A DNA stretch of 64,000 nt from Botryllus schlosseri (lineage: Eukaryota): NCBI GenBank assembly GCA_051294905.1, contig CM119372.1, positions 12,464,001 to 12,528,000 of the forward strand, in the 5' to 3' direction. A model generated the notes under the pieces. That model did no database searches, was not told the DNA's origin, and was given only the letters and a program-made list of their open reading frames with translations. This document shows, in pieces, positions 1 through 13,700 of this stretch. Each line of letters opens with the position of its first letter. The stretch's first letter is position 1. The translations under genes and the position numbers were made by a program.

Positions 1-1928
1 TGTATCGTGTACCGGTTAATATAATGTTCATTTATCGCCCGATAAGAATGTTCACCGTTGCACCCCCATTTCGCGAACAGGTGTGATGGGTGGGTTCCTC
101 TACCACTGACAACACTGCGTATACACATTATACATCAGTGACCGCTTCTTTACGATATCGGTCGGCACAGTGCTATACCTTCAAAAAAACATGCATTATT
201 ATAGCATGGCTACCACAGTTACGATTGCACGCGCTAATTCGAACCGCCATTCGGTCACTTTCATCATTCATTCTACGCGATAAACACCGCGCGCATGACG
301 ATAATTATCACCTTACAGCAGTTAGCTCATCGATCCTTCCGACTCATAGGCAAAACGACAGGCCACAGCATCCTGTCCTATGCTGGGCACTGCCTTCACT
401 CCCGTTATTACATAGGCTGCCCCGCCTGGATTGTGGTTATTCGGCTGTAGTAATTGCATTGTTTCATGTACTGTATCTTCTGTACTTTGTCTAGGCTTAG
501 TAATCGTTAGACATATTTTTTATTTTTTTTATCACGTTATGCTGGCGCCTAGCTTGTTTTCAGCCTACCCGCTCAATTCCCGACCCGGACGACGGTACGC
601 TGCTCATTGGATGCTTGGGCCTCCAGGACACTACACTGCGATCGGTCAATCATGGCTACCACTCGAACGCGTGACAGATGGACACAACCTCTACTGATTC
701 GCTCATTCCATTACCGACAGCCGAACGACGCACAGTTCACGGCCCTGTCTCAAACGCACGACTTCAACAACCAGTTGTTGCTCCACGTTCGCCTCAAAGC
801 TTGATTCCTCTGGGATTTGACACCGACGTACAACGGTCACGACAGTACAGCAGCATACGGCAACGGAGTAAGACGACTAGCGCGAATCGCCCGGTTTCGA
901 TACCGAGGTCCGAGATTCAACTGTCCACACGCATGCATTATGACGCCACACGCTCATGGCCTGGTAGCGACACCAACCACCGATCCAGCCCATTCCAGCA
1001 TCCCAGCACGTACCGTCGAGGGTCCTGCACGTATTGACTCATTAGTCACTCAGCATGGTGACTTTGTACGAACCTTGCCCCCACGCGCGGCGCGATCGAT
1101 TTAACTATCGTATTGCCACCCCTGCGTGGGTGATTTACTTGCTATGATTTTTTTTAAGAACCTTGCCCCCACGCGCGGCGCGATCGATTTAACTATCATA
1201 TCGCCACCCCTGCGTGGGTGATTACCTCTTTATTGTTGTTTCTGCATAGGCTACTTTTTTGTAGGCTAGTAGTGTGTTGTAATAATATAAAATTCACTCG
1301 GTCCATCCATCAATCATTCATAACTGCATGGTTTTGCTTTTGTTGTTAGCTTTAGACCCACGCATTCGCTATCTTCCTTCAGGGCGGATACCGACAACGG
1401 TAATTCATTAATTTGACTCTTCCACGTCACCTAGTTCCGCTCCCTCTCAAAGGGGGGTCGGTGTAGCGAACCGCTGGTCCTTTTAACCCAATGTCCCTAG
1501 CTAACGTCAGGCATCCGTTATGAAGGAAATATACTTTGCTTGTATTAGGATTTTAGTACATCATGACAACTTGTAGAACTCTACCATCTCTGCTAGTGTT
1601 GCGCAAGCTTTGTAAGCATAATTACGCCAAACATAGTCCTAGCTAGAGTACTGCCTTTTTCCTGGCATTAGAACTTTACCAACCCGTTCTCATTGGCTAA
1701 CGCATTACAATCGCATTCATTGTTACGCATTTTCGGGTATATAAACCCACGTTTCTCTGTGACGGCCCTTGAGATCTGAGATTCACCTCAGCGCATAACG
1801 TACGCTTCTCTGCTGCAATACATCCGACCGAGTGAAATTGTGAGTTAAGAAGTCGCCACCTCAAGACAGCCAGCCCGTCGCCAGTCAGCTATCTACTGCT
1901 CCAGGCACGACACAGCCACACTGTTACA
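1..1928 (+). mobile_element. 3' end of an LTR retrotransposon (degenerate internal region, PPT, 3' LTR at 1462-1928)
   Basis: Purine tract AAAGGGGGG (1449-1457) lies just before TGTAGC (1462). The LTR ends GTTACA (1928), giving TG...CA with imperfect inverted termini. Internal TATATAAA at ~1738. No recognisable gag/pol in the window and the 5' LTR is not visible. Confidence 0.6.
1070..1225. repeat. Two tandem ~67-bp direct repeats (period 88), each able to form a GC-rich hairpin
   Basis: GAACCTTGCCCCCACGCGCGGCGCGATCGATTTAACTATC..TA.TGCC/CGCCACCCCTGCGTGGGTGATT at 1070 and 1158. CCCACGC pairs with GCGTGGG in each copy. Confidence 0.85.
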
Positions 1929-3719
1929 GTGTCTGACGTTTGTCATTTGAATGCCACATCGAGACCTGTAAGTCCAACTTTGTTTCGCTGCGTATAGCAT
2001 TTAGAGTTCACGACTTTTTATAACGAATTTTCGACCTGGAATGAGTCATTATATATATATGAGACGAGTAACATACGGCCCGCGACGGGATTTTGTGTGA
2101 ACAGTGGACACAGACAGTGCCCGGTATTACCTTATTATGTGGCCGGCGGTCATAGACTGCCACAACCCCTCACTATATAACTTGCTTACTATACGTCAAA
2201 TTATGGTGACTGTGAACATGATAATTAACAAGACAACGCTGTGTTCCGATCTGACGGATGTTCAGGTGCGGTCTTTACTAAGAGTTTCTAGTTCTACGTC
2301 CAACATGCAGCCAGAGTTCAAAGAACATTCTGACAATTTTGATCGACCACAGATGTCTCATTGATTTCAACAGCTATTTTGCGTTGATGAATTCACAAAA
2401 TACTGCATTTGGTCTATGCTTTAAACCTAAAGTTTACGTTCAATACGATTTATTCCATGTATAGGTGGGTAAATGTGCGAGTAATGCATCGATTCAGGAA
2501 CCCGGCCCGCCAATTACCTAATTTTCCGTTATCAGGCACACCGACTGCAGAAGTTATCCGTCCTGATATACTGTATACTATTCGAAGTATGCGTTGGTGG
2601 CACTGCGCATCATAACCAGCTCTTTTGTAAACTCAAGACAGTAGATTTGAGTTCTGCAACTGTATAATGACTCGCGTGCCTCAGTAGGCAATCTACATGT
2701 CGGCCAACGCACACACCGATTTTGGCATTATTTCGATCGTCTTTTCGTCAACACCTAAAATCATCACGCGAATTAGTGGGTAGTGGCATATCAATAATTA
2801 AGAATGAAGTAGACAAGTCAAGTGCTGCGGTGGCAGATCTCGATGCAGTTCTGGCGGCGGCTCAAGTATGCTTTATCTCCTCTGACGTCAGTATAGGTGC
2901 AAAATGCAGAACGCAAATTGTTCGCCGTCCGTGAACCAAACCGTATAAGGATCCAGTATGAAATCGAATTTGGTATTTTCGCTCTATATCCGCTAATCCA
3001 GGAATCACGTCTCAACACTTCATCAGTCTTCAACTCATGCCCGAGTCCGCTGGATTTCCGAAGCCTTGTTGATCGCATCTCAGCATAAAATCCTACTCCA
3101 GCATGTAAGTGTCTACAGAAATCTTAACAGAATATGATCGTAGGAATGGACTTTTAGATCCCATTATTCAGTGCCGCAAGATGTATATATTTACTTTATA
3201 ATCCTTAGCACTTGTTGCGGCCATCCCTGTATGTAGGAGACAAAGCATTGGGCATTGTGTGCGTTCATAGCAAGCCTGTACCAAGATAATATTAAGGTAT
3301 AAACAGTTAAACATTGCGTCCGCATAAGCCTATACACACAGACTACTTTTCTCAATTCGCGTTTTATAACATTTTTGCAATATACCATCTAAATATTAAG
3401 CAATGTCGAGATTATACGTATCGGGTGCATCTTGCTGTAGCAATTTACTGATATAAATAGTTATACGTGCTGAAAACTATTGAAAATGACTTTGTTTCTG
3501 ACCGCAACGCGTGCTATCGCGATTACATTTCATTGCAGGACAAGAATAAAAGCCATTTGAAATATGTGACGAATTTGGTAATTGAAAATGAGCGCCTTGA
3601 ATCTTGCGCAGTTTGATGGAATGGGGTATGATTAGAATTAATGACGAATATATATGTACTATCATTGGCCATTGACAAACACCTAATGGATTTTATAATT
3701 CTATTTGTGCGAAAATTAT

Positions 3720-4490
3720 CGATAATACAGATTTCGAGTCGTAGGGAGAGTCCGTTCGTTCTTTTGTTTGTGTGCCATGGAGTCGGATTTAATCAAAATA
3801 CGCCAATATATAGGCTGAGCCAACAGAAGGAGTTCGTGTATAATCTAAAAAAATAGTACATAGAGCAATGGTTCCCAACGTGGGCGACATCGCCCCCAGT
3901 GGGCGATTTTGAGATACAAGGGGATGAAAATACCAAATGGGGCGACTGCGGGCGATAGGGGGCGAAAATATTAGAACGCCTAGTGATATATATTCAATTA
4001 ACACGATCAGAAAATTCACGTGAAGACGGTTTTTTCTGCATATGACGCGAAAAAAGGTCAACTCGACGAAAAGTAGACCCGGAAACCGGTTTTCTGAGCA
4101 CCTACCATCTCGGAAAAATAGCCTTTTCTTGGTTTATTCGCCTGCGATCGGAGTTAGGTGAATCAATTTTCCGAATATATGTCCTCTTTCCCGGATCCGT
4201 ATAATACGGGAGGCGAAATTTCTGTCGATATTGATAAGGGGGCGATATGAGTCACTGACCACTGACATAGAGCTGAAGCCATATATTCGCCTCTGTTATC
4301 CGAATTTCCATGCCCGTGACGACATATTTGGTGATACGATTGTTGATATACAATATCCTTTTCTATTCTATACTATAGTTGCTGACTATTACACCTATGG
4401 CGAGTGTCAGCCGAAAATATTCGAGTGTATTTCAATGCGAATATACTATTCAATTGTATATTAAAGTTCTGTACTCCAAGAGTATTTTCA
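3720..4490 (+). mobile_element. Penelope-like retroelement 3' fragment, interrupted by a MITE
   Basis: ORF tail ...LSQQKEFVYNLKK matches the copy at 47790-48065. After the MITE the sequence continues with the same tail (gtgtcagccgaaaatattcg...tatactattcaattgtatattaaagttctgtac). The hammerhead core is degenerate here (ATGGCGA instead of CTGACGA). Confidence 0.6.
3866..4264. mobile_element. hAT-type MITE nested in the Penelope fragment
   Basis: Termini CAATGGTT.../...GACCACTG. 8-bp TSD ACATAGAG on both sides. Confidence 0.8.
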
Positions 4491-4721
4491 AATATAATAT
4501 CAAAGGGTGCATTTCTGTCACGTGAGGCTTTGGTTCGTCGGATTGGAGATGTTCAGATATTATTTGGTCCTATGGCCAAGTGCAATCAATAAAAAGCCAC
4601 ATATTAATAAGCTCACGCATACGGTCATACATATTGAAACAGCAAAATGCACTTTATTGATTATATAGACCTTGAAACAATAGACCCCTACAAACTGTGC
4701 TTCGCTGTTCACACTCGTCTC

Positions 4722-5237
4722 TAGGGCTGGGCACAATGATTCGAGTACTCGAATCTGAATCGAGTATTAATTTTAATGATTCGAGTCGAGTCGTAAAAAG
4801 CGAATTTTTCGAGTACTGAAATTATACGCTTCTCGCCACTGAAAGTTAATTTATCAATGAGAATTATAGTTTTGATACTAATCTTCACTGTTGAAGCGTT
4901 GAAACCTTGATCAGCCGTATCGTAGCATGCGAAATATCTAGTACAAAGCTACGAAGGCTACTGGACGTAGCACATTTCCGAAATCATGATTATCCAACAA
5001 CATTGTCATCAAGGGGAATGAATTCAGTATGGTCGAGAAATACCAGAGCATCATTTATGAGAAGGATAACCGGCATTATATTCTTTGTGATGTCATAAAA
5101 GATGCATATTTGCACTTTGACGTATTGTATTGTGGTATGACGTCATGATGAGTGATACTCGATTACTCGACTCGACTCGAAGCATATTACGTGATTCTGA
5201 ATCGAATCACTCAGGTACTCGATTTTGCCCAGCCCTA
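4722..5237. mobile_element. hAT-type MITE family A, copy 1
   Basis: TIRs TAGGGCTGGGCA/TGCCCAGCCCTA. Perfect 8-bp TSD CTCGTCTC. Second copy at 22306-22821. Confidence 0.9.
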
Positions 5238-6435
5238 CTCGTCTCACGGAGACTTGTTCAAATATTATTGCACAGGTCACACACAGACGAACTCCTGACA
5301 TATTCTTGTAACACGCCAAATATATAGCGATGTATCCTCGCATCAGAAAATAAGTTAATAGCAGACCTTTTTAGATTTAAAATGGCGGGACTTGACTGTG
5401 ACGCAATCGAGATATCGGCGATAGCTTTATGGATGTCGCATACCGTCTCAGTTATCGACGCGATCATTGAAAGGTTCAGTTATGTTAATCCGTTTAATGC
5501 ACCCACCGAGTCATTGTGAATCGCCGAAGATTAGTGTTCATGCGATATAATTTGGCACTACAATTATTATTTAATGCATCAATCGACATGGTCGCGACAT
5601 TAAACGTACCAGTATATTCAGCAGACTCTTTCTAATAGATTGATGTTGGAGCAGGAACGTAAACTTGTTTATTTTTGATTGATTGCGAACACCTGGTTAG
5701 TTACACACTTTAATTATGATATGTGCAATTTGCGGTTGAATCTGCATCCATTTTTATACTCGACGTGTGAATTCTGCTGATTGATCCACACGATAGTGAT
5801 GATAATCTGTGGGCGTGTCGTTAATTTAGAGTTTCGAATGATGCACACTGTAACCGTCGATTAGCAAGCATTAGCGAGCGGGTGGGTTGATTAGCGACGA
5901 GCGGTCGATCTATTGACATGCGGTAAAATATCAACAAAGCGTGCGCATAATATGGAAAAAGGCCTCATTTTCTTCGATTCCGATTTCGACATTGCTGCTA
6001 TTTATGCGATTGACAGCGACCCGTGCAGTCATAAAGTGCCGATAAACTTTTTACTGCGAAAGTCTCACATGAGTAATGCCCGCGATTTAAAAATTCGCTA
6101 TCTGGCATCCATAAAATCTGAGGATGAAGATTGATAAGATAGCGTTTTTGATACGATATTGACAGGTAAATTTCATTAAATTGAAAATTGTTTCGTTCAT
6201 TCATTCGAGGAGCTTGACTATAATGACGAGATGAGGTACTCACAAATTTTTAATATAACGATGTTATTTTCAAAAGCAGATGAATGACATCACACATTCA
6301 GCCTCCAGCATAACATCGAGCCCTATCGTAATCGTAATCGAAATCAGGAGACAACAGCAAAAATATCGATAAAACGAAAAAGAAAACTGCAATACACTTG
6401 GTTGCGACTCCATTAAAATATTATAGAAATGTAGC

Positions 6436-6871
6436 TAGGGTTGCATTTAAAACAAAAATCAATATAAAACAAACATGTTTAAAACAAGGCCCTTGTTTAA
6501 AACATGATTTTTTTTAAAGAGATGACGTCACGTATATTCAATTGTGACATCATAGTGGATTGACATTGACAATTGAAAATACAGGGTAAATATAGCTCTT
6601 CTGACGAAATATCTGTACTATTGCTGTTGAACTGACTAGTTTGAGGGTTCCAACCATCCCATATGGAATGGATATACGTCGGCTATATCGGATGTTACTT
6701 GTCCGCAGGCTCATACAACATGTTTTGGAAAGTATTTACACAATTATGCCATAACTTTATAATTAAAAAAAAAACACAATTTTGTTTTTTTAAGGTCTTT
6801 TTTAAAACACTGTTTAAAACATGTTTTAAATAAACTGTTTTAAAGCACCATTTGTTTTAAATGCAACCCTA
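6436..6871. mobile_element. hAT-type MITE family B, copy 1
   Basis: TIRs TAGGGTTGCATTTAAAACAAA/TTTGTTTTAAATGCAACCCTA. TSD AATGTAGC/TATGTAGC. Reverse-oriented copy at 57610-58049. Confidence 0.85.
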
Positions 6872-7398
6872 TATGTAGCGTTCAATTGATGAAATTTCGT
6901 CTGCGTTTGAGTAGTTACATATTTCATTACCACACTGAGAAGTATAATCGTGGAACGGGCTGGCAGGTGAACACGCGCACGCGGCCGTTCCAGTGCTATT
7001 CGAGTTCGGAAAACCAACGCGTAGCTGGAATCCATCTCCCCATAGCTTGATAATTCATAACAAGATATAAAATTATAATGAGGGCGATGCGTCATTCCGC
7101 AGAAGCGCCAGAAGAGAATCCTCGCCCATTTCGATTTATTTTTAATTACCGCGAATACTGCTGCGTCTCTATTTTCGCATTTATCAACTCTGGTGCCCAG
7201 AAACCCACGACACCGACGGGAAACCCGGGCTCCTGTTGGCAAACCTCAAGTTCTGCTGATGAAATCGTAACCCAAGTGCATCGCGATGTAGGAGATATCG
7301 ATGGTGACATATCGCGAAACAAGAGCTTCTGCGATTGTTTAATGCCTCGGGAGAATATTTGCCTTTCTTCACATACATAATGAGTATCACCCATCACA

Positions 7399-7406
7399 TA
7401 TATAAA
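7399..7406 (+). promoter_or_regulatory. Putative TATA box of the single-TIL gene
   Basis: TATATAAA about 59 nt upstream of the ATG at 7458. Confidence 0.5.
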
Positions 7407-7457
7407 GATCAACAAATTGCCGGAAGGACACACGCAGTTCCAGCCTCCGCTTTCGAG

Positions 7458-7781
7458 ATGTCGACTTTCGCAACGATACTGCTGCTTTCCCAAAGTTTTC
7501 TGCTGATATCGACGTTGCCAGTGCACTTATTGACGCCACATTCTGAGATACCTTTCCGCACGCAGTCGCGCAACTGCACCGGGGATTTGATTCCGGTGAC
7601 TTGCGGATCGGCATGCCCGCCGACTTGCGACAATCCGGAACGGAACATAACTTGCGAGAAGATATGCCTGGAGACTTGCGAATGTCCCATTCCCCTTGAT
7701 GAAGTGGACAGGACAATATTACTCGCCATAGGAAGCGACCAGTGCGTGTTCATCGAACAGTGTCCGTCGATAAGGGCATGA
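7458..7781 (+). CDS. Secreted single TIL-domain (trypsin-inhibitor-like, 10 Cys) protein, 107 aa, intronless
   Basis: Hydrophobic N-terminus MSTFATILLLSQSFLLISTLP. Domain CTGDLIPVTCGSACPPTCDNPERNITCEKICLETCEC...DQCVFIEQC has the full TIL 10-Cys spacing. Reactive loop C-E-K-I-C. Confidence 0.85.
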   Translation: MSTFATILLLSQSFLLISTLPVHLLTPHSEIPFRTQSRNCTGDLIPVTCGSACPPTCDNPERNITCEKICLETCECPIPLDEVDRTILLAIGSDQCVFIEQCPSIRA

Positions 7782-10268
7782 TCAGCAGTGTTATTCTTCA
7801 ACTGGAGTTCAATAATGTGCAATGAGCTTTGTGAGACTTGGAAATTATGGTAGGAGTATGCGATGATTGCATGTGCATGTGCATAGACGAAGAAGACTCT
7901 TGCTTCCTTTTGGAATTGAATTTATATTTCGTGATGCATCAATATGCTAAATTAGTGAAAATACGGGAACGATCTTTCTTCAATAATTGACAAAGCAAAA
8001 AGTTGATCGAGTATTTTCAACACCTGATATTGCATCCACAGAAGAAGCAATGCGCCATCAGTCAAAAATGTGATTTGCCCAGGAAAAATATGCATATCGA
8101 CGTAATGCACTTTTCGCCAAAGCCTTTTCTTGTCCGTATATTTTTGATCGCAGGCTCCAAAGTTTATGGTCTAGTAATCGGAACTTTAATGATGTTATCG
8201 TAAAAAACCGTTTGTGCATGTTCGATTAGCACAATCTAGTGTGGATGTGATAACCGCGCTGATATGGAAAATGTAATGCAAATGTACATAATATATATAC
8301 TTTTATGTGGTATATTTTATTGTCTTGAAGTACTATAGATTGTACATCGAAATGAGCAATGACATTCCATATTGTTTACTTGTGTTTGAGTTAATAAAAT
8401 GTCCAATTCCGCCACAAAACTCTTGCTAGTTTCTCATTATGCCTTCCGAGCGTTGTATTTGCTGAGATGTCGAATTTGAATCGGGTTGGATCATGTATAT
8501 GGCTCGATTGGGGAAGTTTGAGCTATAATTTGAGACAAAGTTGTACAATATTTATAGAAACACTGATGACGTATATGGTAGATATGCTTTAGCTAGAAGC
8601 AACCGCACAGTGTCCGCTATACTATAATCTACGAAATATTCGCATTGATGTGCACTGAACTGAAGATGAGTTTCGATTCGCAATCAATACCGATGAAACT
8701 CGCCACATATTCATACAACATTCATTAGCATACTGACCACCAGCTAATCCCGCGCAATAATACAGGCATCGATTTATTTGTTTATAGATGTTGGTTATTT
8801 CGAAATCTCATAAAATTTCGATGGCCGGGAATAGCAATAAAACAATGGGCTGAGGTTTAGTTATGAAAGATTTATGCATGTGCGACATGCGTGGATACGC
8901 TTAAACACTTGGATATGAACTTTGAACTACCGCTATACTTGGGAATAGCTGTGAGTGTACTAAATTCGAGCGTAGTGACCGTGGGGATGTCATTTAATGT
9001 AGCTACTCACCACATTCCGATATAACTAAATACATGTGTGGTACATGAGGTTTTTATGGTCTTCTCATTGCCGAGATCACTGTGACTGAAGTGTTCATGG
9101 TGACATTAAGATGCTAAAAGTACATGTGCCTGTGCCTGGCAGCGAGCGAAAGTGTAAAATAGGTGCCCGTGATCCAGACAGCCAAATTTTCTTCATTCAA
9201 AGCAAGTTTGGACTAACACTTAAACACAGACAATCACAACGAGATGATCGCAATCAAGGGACGTGGTCATCAAGCCGGCTGTCATAAATTAATGTATGGT
9301 GCATAAAAACACTAAGACTGTATGACATACTGAGTGTATGTCAATAAGGTTCAACAAAAGAAAAACAAAAGAACGAAATAATCACTGCAAAAAGCAAAAA
9401 ATTACTGCAGTTTGACAGTATAGTGAGTCCTTACCCTCTTTCAATAGAAAAACAGAACGCAAAATGGAACAGTAACAGTAAATAACAATACAAGTATACT
9501 CGTACAAAAATTGCCCATAACACACCACTTGCAAATGTTAAATAACGATACCGGACAGAACACTCATTATGAAAGCATGAGCTGATGTTTTAATCTGCGG
9601 CAAAATGAAACGAATGACAAACCTCAGTGCCCCACAGATTAGGTAAATTCCATGAGGATTACCATAGTCGCCAAATTCAAAGCGTAGCGCACATTACGAA
9701 GTTACTGTTGTGGTGCAAACAGCCTTAATAGCCGATAAACGCTACTGTTGAGTGAATAATAATAATAATCCGAACACAACCGATTAGTGTTTCTGTGTAA
9801 TTGCGGTACTTTGCAATATTTTTCCAGCATTGCCACAAGCGTTTGTTAATCGCGATCTGGTAAATCGCGAATGATTGGTACGCCGCCACCGACCGGTATA
9901 TTCTGGGCGCCTGCCTGCCTGATACATCCGCGAGATGAAGTTGTCATATGGGATCAAATGTCAGCAGATATATACTTCGAGTTGTTATTGAGCTCGTGTT
10001 ATCACCCGCGGCACGAAGCAACCAGTACTCTCTATATGAGGAATTAAATATGCAGAAGAAGCGTGGCGAAAACAAGCGATGGCCTCAGCCAGGCACAACC
10101 ACGTACGGAGAGAGATACTGGCGCCGAATAGTAAGCACTGGAAATAAGGCACGACGATTCAAATGCGTGCCGTCGGGAGAGGGGGATTAACCTGAAAGCG
10201 ATATGACACCCGAGAAGGGCGGTTTCATTACTATGCGAATGGATTTCTGTCAACCCGCAACTGTACAA

Positions 10269-10734
10269 TAGGGCTGTTCAAAAATAATTTTTTTTCTGGA
10301 TTCCAGCCATTCAGTCATTCAATTGTCAGGTTACCCTAAAAAACGCTGCACACCAAATTTGGTTCAATTCTAACAAGTATAGGGCTCCGCAGATCCAATT
10401 AATTTTTTTAATTTAAACAGGAAAAATCCTCGGAGGATAATATGAGAAATATCAACGAAAAACTCCAATAACTCCGCTTCTACTAGTTGGAATTGAGTCA
10501 AATTTGTTTTGCATCGTCTCTGAAGACAGCTCAACAATTTCATGGGGTTGACAGAGAAATTTGAATTTTTTTTTAATTTTCCAGTTTAAATTAAAAAATT
10601 CAATTGGATCTGCGGAGTCCTATACTTGTTAGAATTGAACCAAATTTAGTGTGCAGCGTTTTTTAGGGTAACCTGACAATTTGATAACTGAACGACTGGA
10701 ATCCAGAAAAATAAGTTATTTTTGAGCAGCCCTA
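10269..10734. mobile_element. Foldback-like (long-TIR) MITE family C, copy 1
   Basis: TAGGGCTGTTCAAAAATAA.../...TTATTTTTGAGCAGCCCTA with ~150-bp inverted arms. TSD CTGTACAA/CTGAACAA. Confidence 0.9.
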
Positions 10735-13700
10735 CTGAACAAGATCGATTTACAAGAAGCAGCGTTTTTGCCTTTCACTATTCCTATCTCTGTTCCGTCC
10801 ATTTTTAATCTCTCTTAAACTCCTTCCTTTCTTCCACTCTTCAATCACCTACAATTTGTGATGATGTGGTGATGATATCGCACCACTCTCACAACATATT
10901 TAAGTTCTACTCGAAGATATATTGACTGAGTGGTTAAATATGACGAGATATGTGAATTCACTTGTACGATGCACCTTCGCAATTTCGCGTGCATTCCATG
11001 TGAATGTCTTGATCCAAATTTGAATACATTTACTATTTTGATCAAGTTGTTTTAGAAATATATGAGTAGTTTAAAAATTTATCTTATGTGACCTAATCGT
11101 GAAACATACACACATTATTGTCGATCTACTTTCTGCCATGCAAATTGCCGAGCATTATTCATTTAGTAACCATTCATACAATTTACCATTCTAATGCTTA
11201 TGAACATGGTACGTTTGTGAATAGGAAATGTTGACCTGCTCTTATATGGTCGAAATTGTGTATCAACGGCATTGCGTAGTTCCAGTCAATGAAGAGATAT
11301 TAATTTCGTCTCATTTTCGACGACTATATAGGTTGCTCGCTTGCTCCAATATCTCCCGGGAGATAATTTATATATACTCTTCTAATCGATGGGATTATGA
11401 TTACACTATACGTCTAACTCAGCGGCCTCCAACGCAGTGCCCGTGCACGCGGTGCCCATAAGGACCAAATGAGTCGCCCGTGGTGGCAGTAGCTAATATT
11501 GAAATGAGAGCTTCAAAGGCCGAAGTGGAAAGGGGCTCGATGTGAACAGCAATTGAACATGGGTCAGGTAACTCTAAGGAATATACGAGCGCAGTTTTCG
11601 ATCGGGGGACGTTGCCTGTCTTCGCCCCGCGAATCCGAAGGTATAATATGCCCGAGCCTCGGCGCCAAGTGCGGTGACGTAACTGAGCTCCGAGACGCTG
11701 GCATGCGTCTCGGGAAGAGTTTTATTTACAGGGTAAGGAATCCTGCCTATTGCTGTGAATGTCCAAGTGGAAAAATTCAAACTGATGTGGGTAGAGGACG
11801 GGAGTAACGGGTAGCCCTTCGCATTAATCTGCAGTACCCAAGCTCTTGGTTTGAAAAAGGTTTGTGACCCCTATAATCGAGCCCTTTGGGAATTTGATAT
11901 ATAGAGCATATATCGAACATAACGAAGTTGGACGCGCGCCATAAAATTCCATTCAATATATTTTGCTGTCTCAAAAACGTAAAAATGAAATTTAAGTATA
12001 TTTGTTTCCACATAATCATGAGATGATCTTGCAATGATCCAAGGAATGTTTCACAGGATAATAATAACCATAATGAGAACTCTGATCACCAAGAGTTATT
12101 TAATCGCGTATGGATGGTAAATAATCGGTTATTGTTAAATCATCATGATGATTGCTCTGTCGTAACTATTGCTTCGAAGTACGAAATCAGTGCCACGTTG
12201 AGACGGTACATTGTCGGCTGATCGAAAGGGATTATTGCAGATATCATTCATTGCACGATAGACTGGTCGGAATTCCAGTTATGAGATTTTTAGAGTGACA
12301 TCGAAATTTTAATCCAAAACGACAAAAGATCGAAATGTGTGAAAACAAGGTTGATGAATTGCGCTTCAATTCACGCCATTGCGTTTATTTACATTACCAT
12401 CAAGAGTTATATGTTGATGTAAATTTTACTCGTCATTATTCTCGCGACGGGGAGACCTGAGATCTCGCCGCGGTATATTATATAGGAATATAGGGCATAT
12501 CACCTTCCGTACATTTGAAGCTGAGTCATCCTTAAAATGACACTTAAATATCCTTTGAAATCTTATTTTAAACAACACACAACCTATGTTGGGCTTATAA
12601 TGCTACTGGAAGATCCAATATAACTGGATTATTTTCATGTACCTTTGCAGAGGAAATCTGATCGTAATCCCGGATTTACAAGCTATACATGTCCATACCC
12701 CTTGAGTTGTATGCAGGTATATAATGTGGTTGTCTATAACAAGATTTTTTCGCTAATAGGATTACTTCGGGTAAAATATCTAATATAGATGTATTTGGTC
12801 GGGGTAACGATTTTATGCGGTATGCAGTCTATCTATAAGCGACCGACAGAGGTCAAATATTTGTACGGATCACTTCTGCAATTGCGTTATGTAGTAACAT
12901 TGTTAATAAACACATTGGTATCCTTTGCGTAACGTAATTTGTATATTTTTCATCCCAAATCATAAGAAATAGCGGAGGGCTATAATGTACGAGCTCATTT
13001 TGACGCATTATCAAAATTCCAAACGAACGGACTTTTCAGAAGTTTGGAAGACTTCGGAATTTATGAACATATAACAGTCTTGGCTCAAAATTTTTATATT
13101 AATGCAGTGATGCTATTTTGATATAAGGAGGTCACCATGATAGTGTGAAGTAAATCATTCAATATTAAATTAAGTGCGTCGTAACTAACCGAGCCTAACA
13201 TACTTATGCATACAAGAACAAATGAATGCAATTACGATTTCGCGTTAAGTCGCTCCCATCCTTCCTTGTAATGCCATTCTTGAGTTATCTTGATCAGAAT
13301 TGTATCATATATATGAATATACTATTCAACTGTATATTAAAGTTCTGTACCTCCAGGAAGCTATTCAGAATTGTATTAAAACGATATTGATAATAAAGAA
13401 TGATACTGACTACATAAAGTGTTTCTTTGACAAAATGAAGTTAAGCTAATCGTGAAATTTATCACACGTATATTTGATCCCAAAACACCGCCGATAAAAC
13501 AAATACGTGTCACAGCAATTTTGCAAATTTTTATAAATCGCTGCGAAGCACGAATAGAATTTCATCAAATCTTCGCAAGCATTTCAATCCAACTGTGATT
13601 TGATGTTATGTAACTAGCAACATTGAAGCCATACAATACGTTTCATAAGATTTAAAAGAATTAAGTTCCACAATGTTCATCTCTATAATTCAATATTAGT

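Noticed and set aside
90..1104. Overlapping ORFs in the LTR element as an env gene
   Set aside because: Only a short hydrophobic/Cys stretch across broken frames; no recognisable env, RT or integrase motif.
2722..3088. Overlapping short ORFs with coding-like composition
   Set aside because: No motif or consistent splice structure could be supported; possibly a decayed TE fragment.
7078..7457. ORF 7078-7380 and the N-terminal extension of ORF 7335-7781
   Set aside because: No recognisable domain, and they lie over or upstream of the TIL gene's TATA box.
11553..11807. ORF containing CCECPSGK as a third TIL gene
   Set aside because: It lacks TIL Cys spacing and a signal peptide, and lies in a MITE-like degenerate repeat.
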